64,000 bases of DNA from Candidatus Nomurabacteria bacterium (GTDB lineage: Bacteria > Patescibacteriota > Minisyncoccia > Phycocordibacterales > UBA9973): contig JBPOHQ010000006.1 in NCBI GenBank assembly GCA_052035405.1, positions 8,039 to 72,038 of the forward strand. The letters are read 5' to 3'. Position numbers and translations under genes: made by a program. The notes beneath the pieces were generated by a model. That model saw only the letters and a list, made by a program, of their open reading frames with translations. It was not told where the DNA came from and did not search any database. Of the stretch, positions 22,204 through 30,781 are shown piece by piece. Each line of letters starts with the position of its first letter. Positions within the stretch are counted from its first letter, which is position 1.

Positions 22204-24267
22204 ATGGCAAAAGAAAAAGATGAAAAAGTATCTAAGAAAGGCAGTTATGGAGCTGAAAGCATCTCAGTTTTAGAAGGTCTAGAGCCTGTTCGTAAGCGTC
22301 CAGGAATGTACATTGGTACAACTGGTCCAGATGGATTACATCACTTAATATGGGAAATATTTGATAACTCTCGCGATGAAGCGATGGGAGGATTTTGTAA
22401 TGATATTGAAGTCGTGCTGCTTCCTGGAAACAAAATTCGTGTAGCGGACAACGGCCGTGGTATTCCAGTGGATGTTCACTCAAAGACAAAAGTATCTGCA
22501 CTTGAAATGGTTATGACTACACTCCATGCGGGAGGAAAATTCGGCGGGGAAGGTAGCGGATATAAAGTCTCGGGAGGTCTTCACGGTGTGGGTGCTTCTG
22601 TGGTAAACGCGCTTTCTCTTTTTTGTAGAGCAGAAGTTCATCGAGATGGCGGAAAATTTTACCAAGAATATTCTCAAGGAAAAAAGAAAGGTCCTGTTAA
22701 AAAATTTGGGACTTCAAAACTTCATGGTACTATAACAACTTTCCATCCTGATGAAGAAATCTTTGGAACTATTAAGTTTGATTGGACTACGGTAGTAAAC
22801 CACTTGCGTCAGCAGGCGTACCTCGTAAAAGGATTACGTATTTCTATACTTGATGCTCGAGAAGTTAAAGAAAAAATAAATGACGAAGACATATTCTATT
22901 TTAGAGAACTTAACTTAGAGATTCCTTCTATCACGTATTATTTTGAAGGAGGACTTATGTCACTTGTTAAATATTACAATAAATTTCAAAAACCTATTCA
23001 AAGTAGTATTTTTTATGTTGAAAAAGAAGTCGATGGAGTTGGAGTTGAGATAGCACTTCAATACGTCGACGACATTGTCGATCGTATAGTTCCTTTTGCA
23101 AACAATATTTACACAGCACAAGGTGGAACGCATGTAACCGGATTTAAAACTGCCCTCACTCGTACACTCAACACGTACTGTAAAAAGAACGAAATGATGA
23201 AAGAGTCCGAAGGAGGATTTACTGGTGAAGATGTGCTTGAAGGTTTAACTGCAGTTGTTTCTGTTAAACTTCAAGAGATACAATTTGAAGGTCAGACTAA
23301 AGGAAAACTTGGTAGCGTCGAAGCTCAAAGTGCTACCGCTACGGTGTTTGGTGAAGCATTCGCTGCATTCTTAGAAGAGAACCCAGATGAGGCGAAGATT
23401 ATCATAAATAAATCAATTCTTGCCCTCAAGGCTCGTAAAGCAGCAAAAGCAGCAAAAGACTCAGTCCTCCGTAAAGGGGCACTTGAAGGTCTTACGCTTC
23501 CGGGAAAACTTGCAGATTGTCAGAGTAAGAGTGCAGAAGAGTCTGAGATATTCCTTGTAGAGGGAGATTCTGCGGGAGGTAGTGCGAAGCAAGGACGGGA
23601 TAGAAGAACTCAAGCTATACTTCCTCTTCGTGGAAAAATCTTAAACGTTGAACGTGCTCGTATTGACAAGATGCTTGCTTCAAAAGAAGTCCGAGCACTT
23701 GTTATCGCAATGGGTACATCTATCGGAGATACTTTTGATATTTCTAAAATTCGATACCATAAAATAATCATTGCAACAGATGCTGACGTTGACGGAAGTC
23801 ATATCAGTACACTCCTCTTAACATTATTCTATAGATACTTTAGACCAGTCGTTGAAGCTGGATATATATATCTTGCTCAACCACCACTATATAAAATTAA
23901 AAAAGGAAAAGAAGTTTCTTATGCATATACTGATGAACAGAAGTTGAAGATTATAGGTAAAGAAGCAGACGTGAGTGAGATAGAAGAAGTCGAAGCAGGG
24001 GAGAATATCGAAGTAGAAGAAGTAGAAGAAGATGTCAAGAAAAAGACAAATAAAATACATATTCAACGTTACAAAGGTCTCGGAGAAATGAATCCAGAAG
24101 AACTTTGGGAGACAACTATGGATCCTCGAAATAGAATCTTGAAGAGAGTAGACATAGGGGACGCAGAAGAAGCTAATAAAGTCTTTGATATACTCATGGG
24201 TAGCGAAGTTCCACCTAGAAAATCTTTCATTCAATCAAACGCAAAACTTGCTAATATAGACATATAA
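22204..24267 (+). CDS. gyrB: DNA gyrase subunit B
   Basis: LEGLEPVRKRPGMYIGTT N-terminus, GHKL ATPase and Toprim motifs (EGDSAGGS). Carries an acidic insertion (EIEEVEAGENIEVEEVEED). Confidence 0.9.
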   Translation: MAKEKDEKVSKKGSYGAESISVLEGLEPVRKRPGMYIGTTGPDGLHHLIWEIFDNSRDEAMGGFCNDIEVVLLPGNKIRVADNGRGIPVDVHSKTKVSALEMVMTTLHAGGKFGGEGSGYKVSGGLHGVGASVVNALSLFCRAEVHRDGGKFYQEYSQGKKKGPVKKFGTSKLHGTITTFHPDEEIFGTIKFDWTTVVNHLRQQAYLVKGLRISILDAREVKEKINDEDIFYFRELNLEIPSITYYFEGGLMSLVKYYNKFQKPIQSSIFYVEKEVDGVGVEIALQYVDDIVDRIVPFANNIYTAQGGTHVTGFKTALTRTLNTYCKKNEMMKESEGGFTGEDVLEGLTAVVSVKLQEIQFEGQTKGKLGSVEAQSATATVFGEAFAAFLEENPDEAKIIINKSILALKARKAAKAAKDSVLRKGALEGLTLPGKLADCQSKSAEESEIFLVEGDSAGGSAKQGRDRRTQAILPLRGKILNVERARIDKMLASKEVRALVIAMGTSIGDTFDISKIRYHKIIIATDADVDGSHISTLLLTLFYRYFRPVVEAGYIYLAQPPLYKIKKGKEVSYAYTDEQKLKIIGKEADVSEIEEVEAGENIEVEEVEEDVKKKTNKIHIQRYKGLGEMNPEELWETTMDPRNRILKRVDIGDAEEANKVFDILMGSEVPPRKSFIQSNAKLANIDI

Positions 24268-24274
24268 ACAAATT

Positions 24275-24305
24275 AAAAACCCCTCTCATAATGAGAGGGG
24301 TTTTT
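24275..24305. terminator. Bidirectional Rho-independent terminator between gyrB and the convergent thrS operon
   Basis: AAAAACCCCTCTCAT-AATG-AGAGGGGTTTTT, with A/T runs on both sides. Confidence 0.7.
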
Positions 24306-24307
24306 AA

Positions 24308-24499
24308 TTACATGTGTTTCTTTATGAGTATAGAGAGTTCCTTAATATGATTTTCCTTTTCTTTAGATACTTTGGTCCAAAAGTCCTTTACGTCTTTTGT
24401 TTTACTTGCATCCTTCATGTAATCTTTCTTGATTCTCCAAAGAGACTTATGCTCTTCGGTTAACTGCATCATCAAGTTGTAAATATTGTTGTTTAACAT
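24308..24499 (-). CDS. Small hypothetical protein co-transcribed downstream of thrS
   Basis: 63-aa ORF starting directly after the thrS stop and ending at the terminator. Confidence 0.35.
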   Translation of the reverse strand: MLNNNIYNLMMQLTEEHKSLWRIKKDYMKDASKTKDVKDFWTKVSKEKENHIKELSILIKKHM

Positions 24500-26251
24500 T
24501 TAATTTAAAGTTTTATTTGTAATTTCATCTTCGACCTTTTTTATAAATTCCTCTATGCCAATACCTTCTGTTTTGGTTCCATTTCTGTGTTCCACTGTTA
24601 ATGTTTTTGAAGACACTTCTTTGTCTCCTAGTACTATAACATGGGGAGTATGCATATTTTTTGCTTCATGAATTCTCTTGCCAAGACTATTGCTTCCTGA
24701 AGGATAAATTTCTGCTCTAATATTACGTCCTTTCAATTCCTTCATTAATGTAATCGCTTCTTCGTCGTGGTTTTCTCTTACCGGTACGATTGCGATCTGG
24801 ATAGGGGAGAGCCAAGTAGGGAAGTTGCCCGCAAAGTGTTCAATTAAGAATCCTATGAATCTCTCATGTGTCCCAAGTGGTGCACGATGAATAATATAAG
24901 GGGTTTTCCTGGAACCATCCTTGTCTGTGTATTCTAAGTTAAATCTTTTACCCATATAGAGGTCTAACTGGTTGGTTGATGCAGTAAAGGATCTTCCAAT
25001 TGATGAAAATATCTGGAAGTCCATTTTAGGTCCATAGAAGGCTGCTCCTTCATGTGCGATTTTAAATGGCACTCCTGAATTTTCCATTGCTTTCGTTGTC
25101 ATTTCCTCAGCTAGTTTCCAATCAGACTCTTCTCCGTGATATTTATCTAATTTATTTGGATCACGTAAGGCAAGTTCCATTTCATATTTTTCTATACCCA
25201 ATACTTTGTAGTAATACTCGTGGAGTTTTATCACACTCACAAATTCTTCGACTGCTTGTTCTGGGGTTACATAAATATGTGCATCATTCATTTGCATACC
25301 ACGAACTCTCATAAGTCCAAAGAGACTTCCTGAGTCTTCATATCGATGACACCATCCATATTCTGCAAGACGTAGTGGTAATTCTTTGTATGTTCTAGGG
25401 AGTGCAGAGAACACTTTGTGATGAAAGGGGCAGTTCATGGGTTTAATATAATAATTTTCTTCCTCGATTGAGATAGGTGCGTACATACTTTCTTTGTATA
25501 AAGGTAGATGGCCTGATGTATAAAAAAGATTCTCTTTCGTGATGACAGGAGTAGAGACTCTTTTATAGTCCCATTTCTTTTCTGTTTCTTTTGCCCAATT
25601 CTCTAGCTCTTCTTTTATGATAGTTCCATTTGGGAGCCACACAGGTAGTCCTTTACCTATTTCTTCATCAAAAGTAAATAATTCTAATTTTTTGCCTAAT
25701 TCTCGATGGTCTCTTTTTAGTGCTTCTTCTTTGTTGCGTAGGTGTTTTTCCAGTTCCGCTTTGTCGTTAAATGCAAGTCCGTAGATGCGAGTAAGCATCT
25801 TTTTCTTTTCATCTCCTCTCCAGTATGCCCCAGCTACTCGGTCGAGTTTAAATGAGTCAGAAGATATTTCCTTTGACGGATTTTCAGAGTGTCCTCCACG
25901 ACACAGATCGGTAAACCCACCACAAGAGTAGAAAGTGATTTTTTCACCCTTGTCAGCGATTTCTTTTATCAACTCCAGTTTGTACTCGTTTCCTTTGAAG
26001 TATTCTTCTGCTTCACTTTGAGTTTTTTCTTCGTGAGAGAAACTGTCCCATTTCTTTAAAAGTTCTTTCATTTTCTTCTCTATTGCTTCTAAATCTTTAT
26101 CTCCAATTGTTGAAGTGAAGTCTAAGTCGTAGTAAAAACCATCATCTATAGCAGGGCCAATAGTAGTCTTAGTCTCTGGGTATAATTCTAAAACTGCCTG
26201 TGCTAATAGGTGTGCTAGTGTGTGTCTTTGGTGTTGTAATTTTTCTTGCAT
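24500..26251 (-). CDS. thrS: Threonine--tRNA ligase
   Basis: HxxxH second-additional-domain motif in QHQRHTLAHLLAQAV, class II core RDHRELGKKLELF, anticodon-binding C-terminus. Confidence 0.9.
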   Translation of the reverse strand: MQEKLQHQRHTLAHLLAQAVLELYPETKTTIGPAIDDGFYYDLDFTSTIGDKDLEAIEKKMKELLKKWDSFSHEEKTQSEAEEYFKGNEYKLELIKEIADKGEKITFYSCGGFTDLCRGGHSENPSKEISSDSFKLDRVAGAYWRGDEKKKMLTRIYGLAFNDKAELEKHLRNKEEALKRDHRELGKKLELFTFDEEIGKGLPVWLPNGTIIKEELENWAKETEKKWDYKRVSTPVITKENLFYTSGHLPLYKESMYAPISIEEENYYIKPMNCPFHHKVFSALPRTYKELPLRLAEYGWCHRYEDSGSLFGLMRVRGMQMNDAHIYVTPEQAVEEFVSVIKLHEYYYKVLGIEKYEMELALRDPNKLDKYHGEESDWKLAEEMTTKAMENSGVPFKIAHEGAAFYGPKMDFQIFSSIGRSFTASTNQLDLYMGKRFNLEYTDKDGSRKTPYIIHRAPLGTHERFIGFLIEHFAGNFPTWLSPIQIAIVPVRENHDEEAITLMKELKGRNIRAEIYPSGSNSLGKRIHEAKNMHTPHVIVLGDKEVSSKTLTVEHRNGTKTEGIGIEEFIKKVEDEITNKTLN

Positions 26252-26252
26252 A

Positions 26253-26540
26253 ACTTTTCTTATTATTTTTAATGATTAACTTATAAAATAAAAAATCCCC
26301 GCCCTAGTAAAATGCATTTCTGCACTTTACTAGGGCGGGGAAGTTAACGTGTACGTTTGATTCCTCGTGGTTCCACCTAGTTTCTCAGACATACTATCTG
26401 AGCTCTCTTTCATTATAGATTAGCCTTTTTACTGGGTCCGCATTGCAGACTCGTGGTTGGTAGCCACAACAATCTCTATGTACCTACAATCATAGCAGAC
26501 CGTGTAGAATTTGCAATTTTACCTAAATCTGATAGACTAG
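26253..26540 (-). promoter_or_regulatory. Candidate T-box riboswitch leader (Thr-specific) with an intrinsic terminator, upstream of thrS
   Basis: On the minus-strand RNA: AGGUGGAACCACG (plus 26366-26378), one mismatch from the T-box core GGUGGNACCGCG. It sits immediately 5' of a long terminator hairpin (plus 26297-26340) followed by AUUUUUUAUUUU. The upstream stem-I-like region carries AGAGA and ACC triplets. Confidence 0.55.
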
Positions 26541-26547
26541 GAACATT

Positions 26548-26769
26548 ATGGTTATAAGAATGAGACATACAAAAGGGCACACAGCGAACAGACGTTCACA
26601 TCACGCTCTGAAAGCAACTAATTTTGACAAATGTCAGAATTGTTCTGCTTTAAAGAAGCGTCATACTGTTTGTGTCTCTTGTGGTTTTTATCGTGGTAAT
26701 AAAGTTTTAGACTTGGTTAAAAAAGCTGAAAAGAAGGTTAAGAAAGCAAAAGCTAAAACCGCTAAATAA
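26548..26769 (+). CDS. rpmF: 50S ribosomal protein L32 (zinc-ribbon form)
   Basis: RRSHHAL motif near the N-terminus and CxxC...CxxC (CQNC...CVSC). Confidence 0.8.
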   Translation: MVIRMRHTKGHTANRRSHHALKATNFDKCQNCSALKKRHTVCVSCGFYRGNKVLDLVKKAEKKVKKAKAKTAK

Positions 26770-26849
26770 TTTTACGATTAAAATCTTAGTAGAGATGCAA
26801 AACAGATTTGTTTTGTGTTTTTAATCATTTGATAATTTTATACTAAACT

Positions 26850-27776
26850 ATGGCAAACAGGCACCTTTCAAGATCAATAGTTCTCCAGACCCTATTTGAA
26901 TGGGATTTTATGTCTTCTGGTAAAGACGAAGAGTCTTTTCCACCTGAAAAAGTCGCTACTGCTTTGTCTCGTAACTTAAAAGAATTTGGTCCAGGTCTTG
27001 AGGATGATGCTTTTGTTGAGTCTCTGGTTGATCTTGTGTTAAAAAAAAGAAAGATAGTCGATGAAATTATTGAAAAAGCTGCTCCAGATTGGCCTATACA
27101 AAAAATCTCAATTGTCGATAGAAATATTCTTCGTATTGGTTTGACTGAGCTTCTTTTTGGCGACAGGACGCAAGTTCCTCCCAAAGTAGCTATCAATGAA
27201 TCCATCGAACTTGCAAAAACATTTGGTGGAGAAAATTCTGGTAAATTCGTAAATGGTGTGCTCGGTGCAGTCTATAAAGAAATAGGTGAGCCAGGTAAAG
27301 AAGAGACTAGTAAAAAGAAAAAAGAAGTAGAACCTGTAGATATCACCAAGCTTCCAAAGGAAAAACTTGGTGGAGCACTTGTCTATGCAAAGAAAGATGG
27401 TAATACTTATTTTGCTTTTGTACATGATGTCTTCGGATATTGGACTCTTTCAAAAGGAAAAGTAGAAGAGGGGGAAAACGTAGAAGAAGGAACAATTCGT
27501 GAGATAAAAGAAGAGATAGGACTTGAGATCAGTATTTTAACAAAGCTCGGAGAGAATGAATATGTAGCAACTCACCCTGAAAAAGGAAAGACATTAAAGC
27601 AAGTTAGTTACTTCTTAGCAAAATCAGAATATAGAGAGCTTGTATTAGAGAACTCTGGTGGATTGGATGCTGCACGATGGTTTTTACTGAAAGAAATTCC
27701 AGAACTCCGAATTTACAATGATATTGTTCCTCTTATTTCAAAAGCAGTAGAGATTATTGCTAAGAAAGGTGATTAG
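26850..27776 (+). CDS. nusB: NusB antitermination factor fused to a C-terminal NUDIX hydrolase domain
   Basis: N-terminal NusB fold ([14 protein letters not shown]...[16 protein letters not shown]). C-terminal Nudix box [25 protein letters not shown] (GX5EX7REUXEEXGU). Confidence 0.7.
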   Translation: MANRHLSRSIVLQTLFEWDFMSSGKDEESFPPEKVATALSRNLKEFGPGLEDDAFVESLVDLVLKKRKIVDEIIEKAAPDWPIQKISIVDRNILRIGLTELLFGDRTQVPPKVAINESIELAKTFGGENSGKFVNGVLGAVYKEIGEPGKEETSKKKKEVEPVDITKLPKEKLGGALVYAKKDGNTYFAFVHDVFGYWTLSKGKVEEGENVEEGTIREIKEEIGLEISILTKLGENEYVATHPEKGKTLKQVSYFLAKSEYRELVLENSGGLDAARWFLLKEIPELRIYNDIVPLISKAVEIIAKKGD

Positions 27777-28491
27777 AAATAAACGAAATAAAACGATGAT
27801 TGATTTTACAGATTTTGAGAAAAAAACAAAGATAGTATTCAAAGATAAAAACTTACTTAAGCAAGCATTTGTTCACCGTTCATTTATAAATGAGAATCCA
27901 AACCTCAAACTTTCTCACAATGAACGACTAGAGTTTTTAGGAGACGCAGTACTCGAACTTGTTGTTACAGATTTTTTATATAAAAAATATCCCCAAGCAG
28001 CTGAAGGAGAGCTCACCGCTTTTCGTAGTGCTCTCGTGAATGCTGTTATTATTTCAGAAATTGCTTCAAAACTAGGTATGAATGATTTTCTTCTATTATC
28101 TAAAGGTGAATCAAAAGATGGTGGTAAAGCACGTCAGTATATACTTGCGAACACGTATGAAGCATATATAGGAGCAGTATATCTTGATCAGGGTTATGAT
28201 ATTGCTGATAAATTTATTACAAAGACATTGCTCCCTAAAACTGAAGAAATTGTGAGTAAAAAACTTTGGCGTGACCCGAAAAGTCTTATACAAGAAAAAG
28301 CACAGGAATATGTGGCTATCACCCCGTCCTACAAGGTTACAGGCGAAGCAGGTCCTGATCATGATAAACATTTTACTGTAGGTATTTTCTTCGGTACAGA
28401 ATTAATTGCTACTGGAAAAGGTAAATCAAAACAAGAAGCAGAACAAGATGCAGCTCTTCGTGCATTAACAGTAAAAAACTGGAACGACTAA
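27757..28491 (+). CDS. rnc: Ribonuclease III
   Basis: RNase III signature [15 protein letters not shown] plus a C-terminal dsRBD. Confidence 0.9.
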   Translation: MLRKVIRNKRNKTMIDFTDFEKKTKIVFKDKNLLKQAFVHRSFINENPNLKLSHNERLEFLGDAVLELVVTDFLYKKYPQAAEGELTAFRSALVNAVIISEIASKLGMNDFLLLSKGESKDGGKARQYILANTYEAYIGAVYLDQGYDIADKFITKTLLPKTEEIVSKKLWRDPKSLIQEKAQEYVAITPSYKVTGEAGPDHDKHFTVGIFFGTELIATGKGKSKQEAEQDAALRALTVKNWND

Positions 28492-28497
28492 AAAAGT

Positions 28498-30741
28498 ATG
28501 CGACTTAAATATCTTGAGTTACATGGTTTTAAATCTTTTGCTAAAAAAACAACTCTAGAGTTTGGTCATCCTATCGTATCTGTTGTGGGTCCAAATGGTT
28601 CAGGGAAAAGTAATGTCGTTGAGGCATTACGTTTTGTGCTTGGTGAACAGTCTATGAAGTCTATGCGTGGAAAGACGGGAGTGGACCTTATATTTAAAGG
28701 TTCAAAGAGTCTTTCAAAAGGGACGAAAGCTACTGTGTCCGTGTATTTTGATAATTCTGATAAAGTTTTTAAACTAAGCAATGAAGAAGGAGAGATTGTA
28801 GAATTAAATTATGACACTGTCTCTATTAGCCGTGAAGTGTATGCTGATGGACTTAATAAATACATTTTAAATGATTCCGATGTGCGTCTTAAGGATGTAA
28901 ATAATTTACTTTCTTCTGTGCATATTGGGTCTTCTGGGCACCATATTATCTCTCAAGGAGAGGCAGATAGAGTGCTTAACTCTACACCGAAAGATTTAAA
29001 AGAAATAGTAGAAGATGCACTGGGGCTCAAGGTGTATCAATTTAAAATAAAAGAAGGTGTGAGAAAACTTGAGCGAGCAAATGAAAACATGAAAGAAGTA
29101 TCAATACTTCGTCGTGAGAATGCTCCTCATTTAAATTTTTTAAAAAAACAAGTAGAAAAGCTCGAGAAAGTAAAAGAAATGAAAGTAGAACTTTCTTCTT
29201 TATATAAAGAGTATTTAAAAAAAGAAAGTGTATACCTAGAAGAAGAAAAGTCTCGACTTTCAAATGATAAAAATAGAATCATGGACGCCATACGTGACAT
29301 AGTAGAACGTATGGGAGTGGACGAAGAGAGTACCCCACGTGAAAGTGCAAAACTTCAAGAACTTCGCACTGTGGAGACCAATCTATCAAATATTCGAAGA
29401 CTAAAAAATGAAATAGAACGCAAGCTTGGACGTATCGAGGGTATGATCGAGATTGCAGAGACAAGACGCGAAGAAGCCCCAGAAGAAATTATCATATCTG
29501 CTTCTGAGATGAAAGAAATAGTGTATGAAGTAAATACTTTTCTAGACGAAGCACTTGAAAAAGAAAACCTTGAAGAGATAAAAAATATCATACAGAGTAT
29601 TAAAAATACCCTTAGTAAATTTGAAAAGAAACCCGAAGAGGTTGTGATACATTCTAATACCGCTGAAGTAGATGCGTTGAAGGATTCTCAAAGACAAATC
29701 CTTTTTGAGATGGAACGTATAGAACAAGAAGACCGAAAGACAGGAGAAATAATCAAAAAACTCAAAGAAGAAATCCAAGAAGAAGTTGAAAAGGGTATGG
29801 ATAAAGAGCGTGAGAGATTTACCCTCAAGGTTAAACATCAAGAACTTTCTTCAGAACTTCAGCTCAATAACGTAAAAGAAGAGAACATAAGAAGACTCAT
29901 CGAGAGTTATGAAGGTGAAATTCGCGAAGGGGAAGCTTTTATTGGGGGAGAGATTTATTTATATAAAGAATATGTATTTGAGGGTATCGTTGATCGAGGG
30001 TTACAAGAAGACTTACGTCGCAGGATAGAGAGAATTAAGATAAAACTAGAAGATGCGGGACTCTCAAATGGTGCTGATATTTTGAAAGAATTTGAGGAGG
30101 TGACTGAGCGGGATGCATTCTTGGCAAAAGAGATGGAAGATCTAGCGAAAAGTATAGAATCACTGCATCAATTAATCGCAGAACTTAAAGAAAAAATCCA
30201 TATAGAATTTGAAACAGGAATCAAAAAGATAAATGCAAAATTTCACGAATTCTTTGCACTTATGTTTGGAGGGGGAGAAGCATCTCTTTCTATAGTATTT
30301 TCTGAGAAGAGAAAGAAAAGTAATGCTGATGAAGATGAAGATGGGGAAGTGGTGACAGAAGAAGATGAAGAAGAATTTGTCCCCGAAGAAGGGGTTGCTA
30401 TTGATATAGCTCTTCCTCATAAGAAAGTAAAAGAACTGCACTCACTCTCTGGAGGAGAAAGATCACTCACATCTATTGCACTTCTTTTTGCCATGTCTGC
30501 TGTGAATCCGCCACCATTCCTCGTGCTTGATGAGACTGATGCAGCCCTCGATGAGGCAAACTCTCGTAAATACGGAGATATGCTTGAAAAGCTTTCTGAG
30601 CATTCTCAGCTTATCGTTGTCACTCACAACCGTGAGACTATGTCTCGAGCAGGAGTACTTTATGGAGTCACTATCGGTTCAGATGGAGCCTCAAAACTTC
30701 TCTCAGTCAAATTCGACGAAGCTGCTGCTATTGCAAAATAA
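28498..30741 (+). CDS. smc: SMC-family chromosome partition ATPase, short form (747 aa)
   Basis: N-terminal LHGFKSFAKKTTLEFGHPIVSVVGPNGSGKSNVVEALRFVLGEQS, coiled-coil middle, C-terminal LSGGERSLTSIALLFAM...LVLDETDAALD. Confidence 0.75.
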   Translation: MRLKYLELHGFKSFAKKTTLEFGHPIVSVVGPNGSGKSNVVEALRFVLGEQSMKSMRGKTGVDLIFKGSKSLSKGTKATVSVYFDNSDKVFKLSNEEGEIVELNYDTVSISREVYADGLNKYILNDSDVRLKDVNNLLSSVHIGSSGHHIISQGEADRVLNSTPKDLKEIVEDALGLKVYQFKIKEGVRKLERANENMKEVSILRRENAPHLNFLKKQVEKLEKVKEMKVELSSLYKEYLKKESVYLEEEKSRLSNDKNRIMDAIRDIVERMGVDEESTPRESAKLQELRTVETNLSNIRRLKNEIERKLGRIEGMIEIAETRREEAPEEIIISASEMKEIVYEVNTFLDEALEKENLEEIKNIIQSIKNTLSKFEKKPEEVVIHSNTAEVDALKDSQRQILFEMERIEQEDRKTGEIIKKLKEEIQEEVEKGMDKERERFTLKVKHQELSSELQLNNVKEENIRRLIESYEGEIREGEAFIGGEIYLYKEYVFEGIVDRGLQEDLRRRIERIKIKLEDAGLSNGADILKEFEEVTERDAFLAKEMEDLAKSIESLHQLIAELKEKIHIEFETGIKKINAKFHEFFALMFGGGEASLSIVFSEKRKKSNADEDEDGEVVTEEDEEEFVPEEGVAIDIALPHKKVKELHSLSGGERSLTSIALLFAMSAVNPPPFLVLDETDAALDEANSRKYGDMLEKLSEHSQLIVVTHNRETMSRAGVLYGVTIGSDGASKLLSVKFDEAAAIAK

Positions 30742-30781
30742 TTGATAAAAACTATAAGTTTAATCTTAGATAAGAGTTGTT

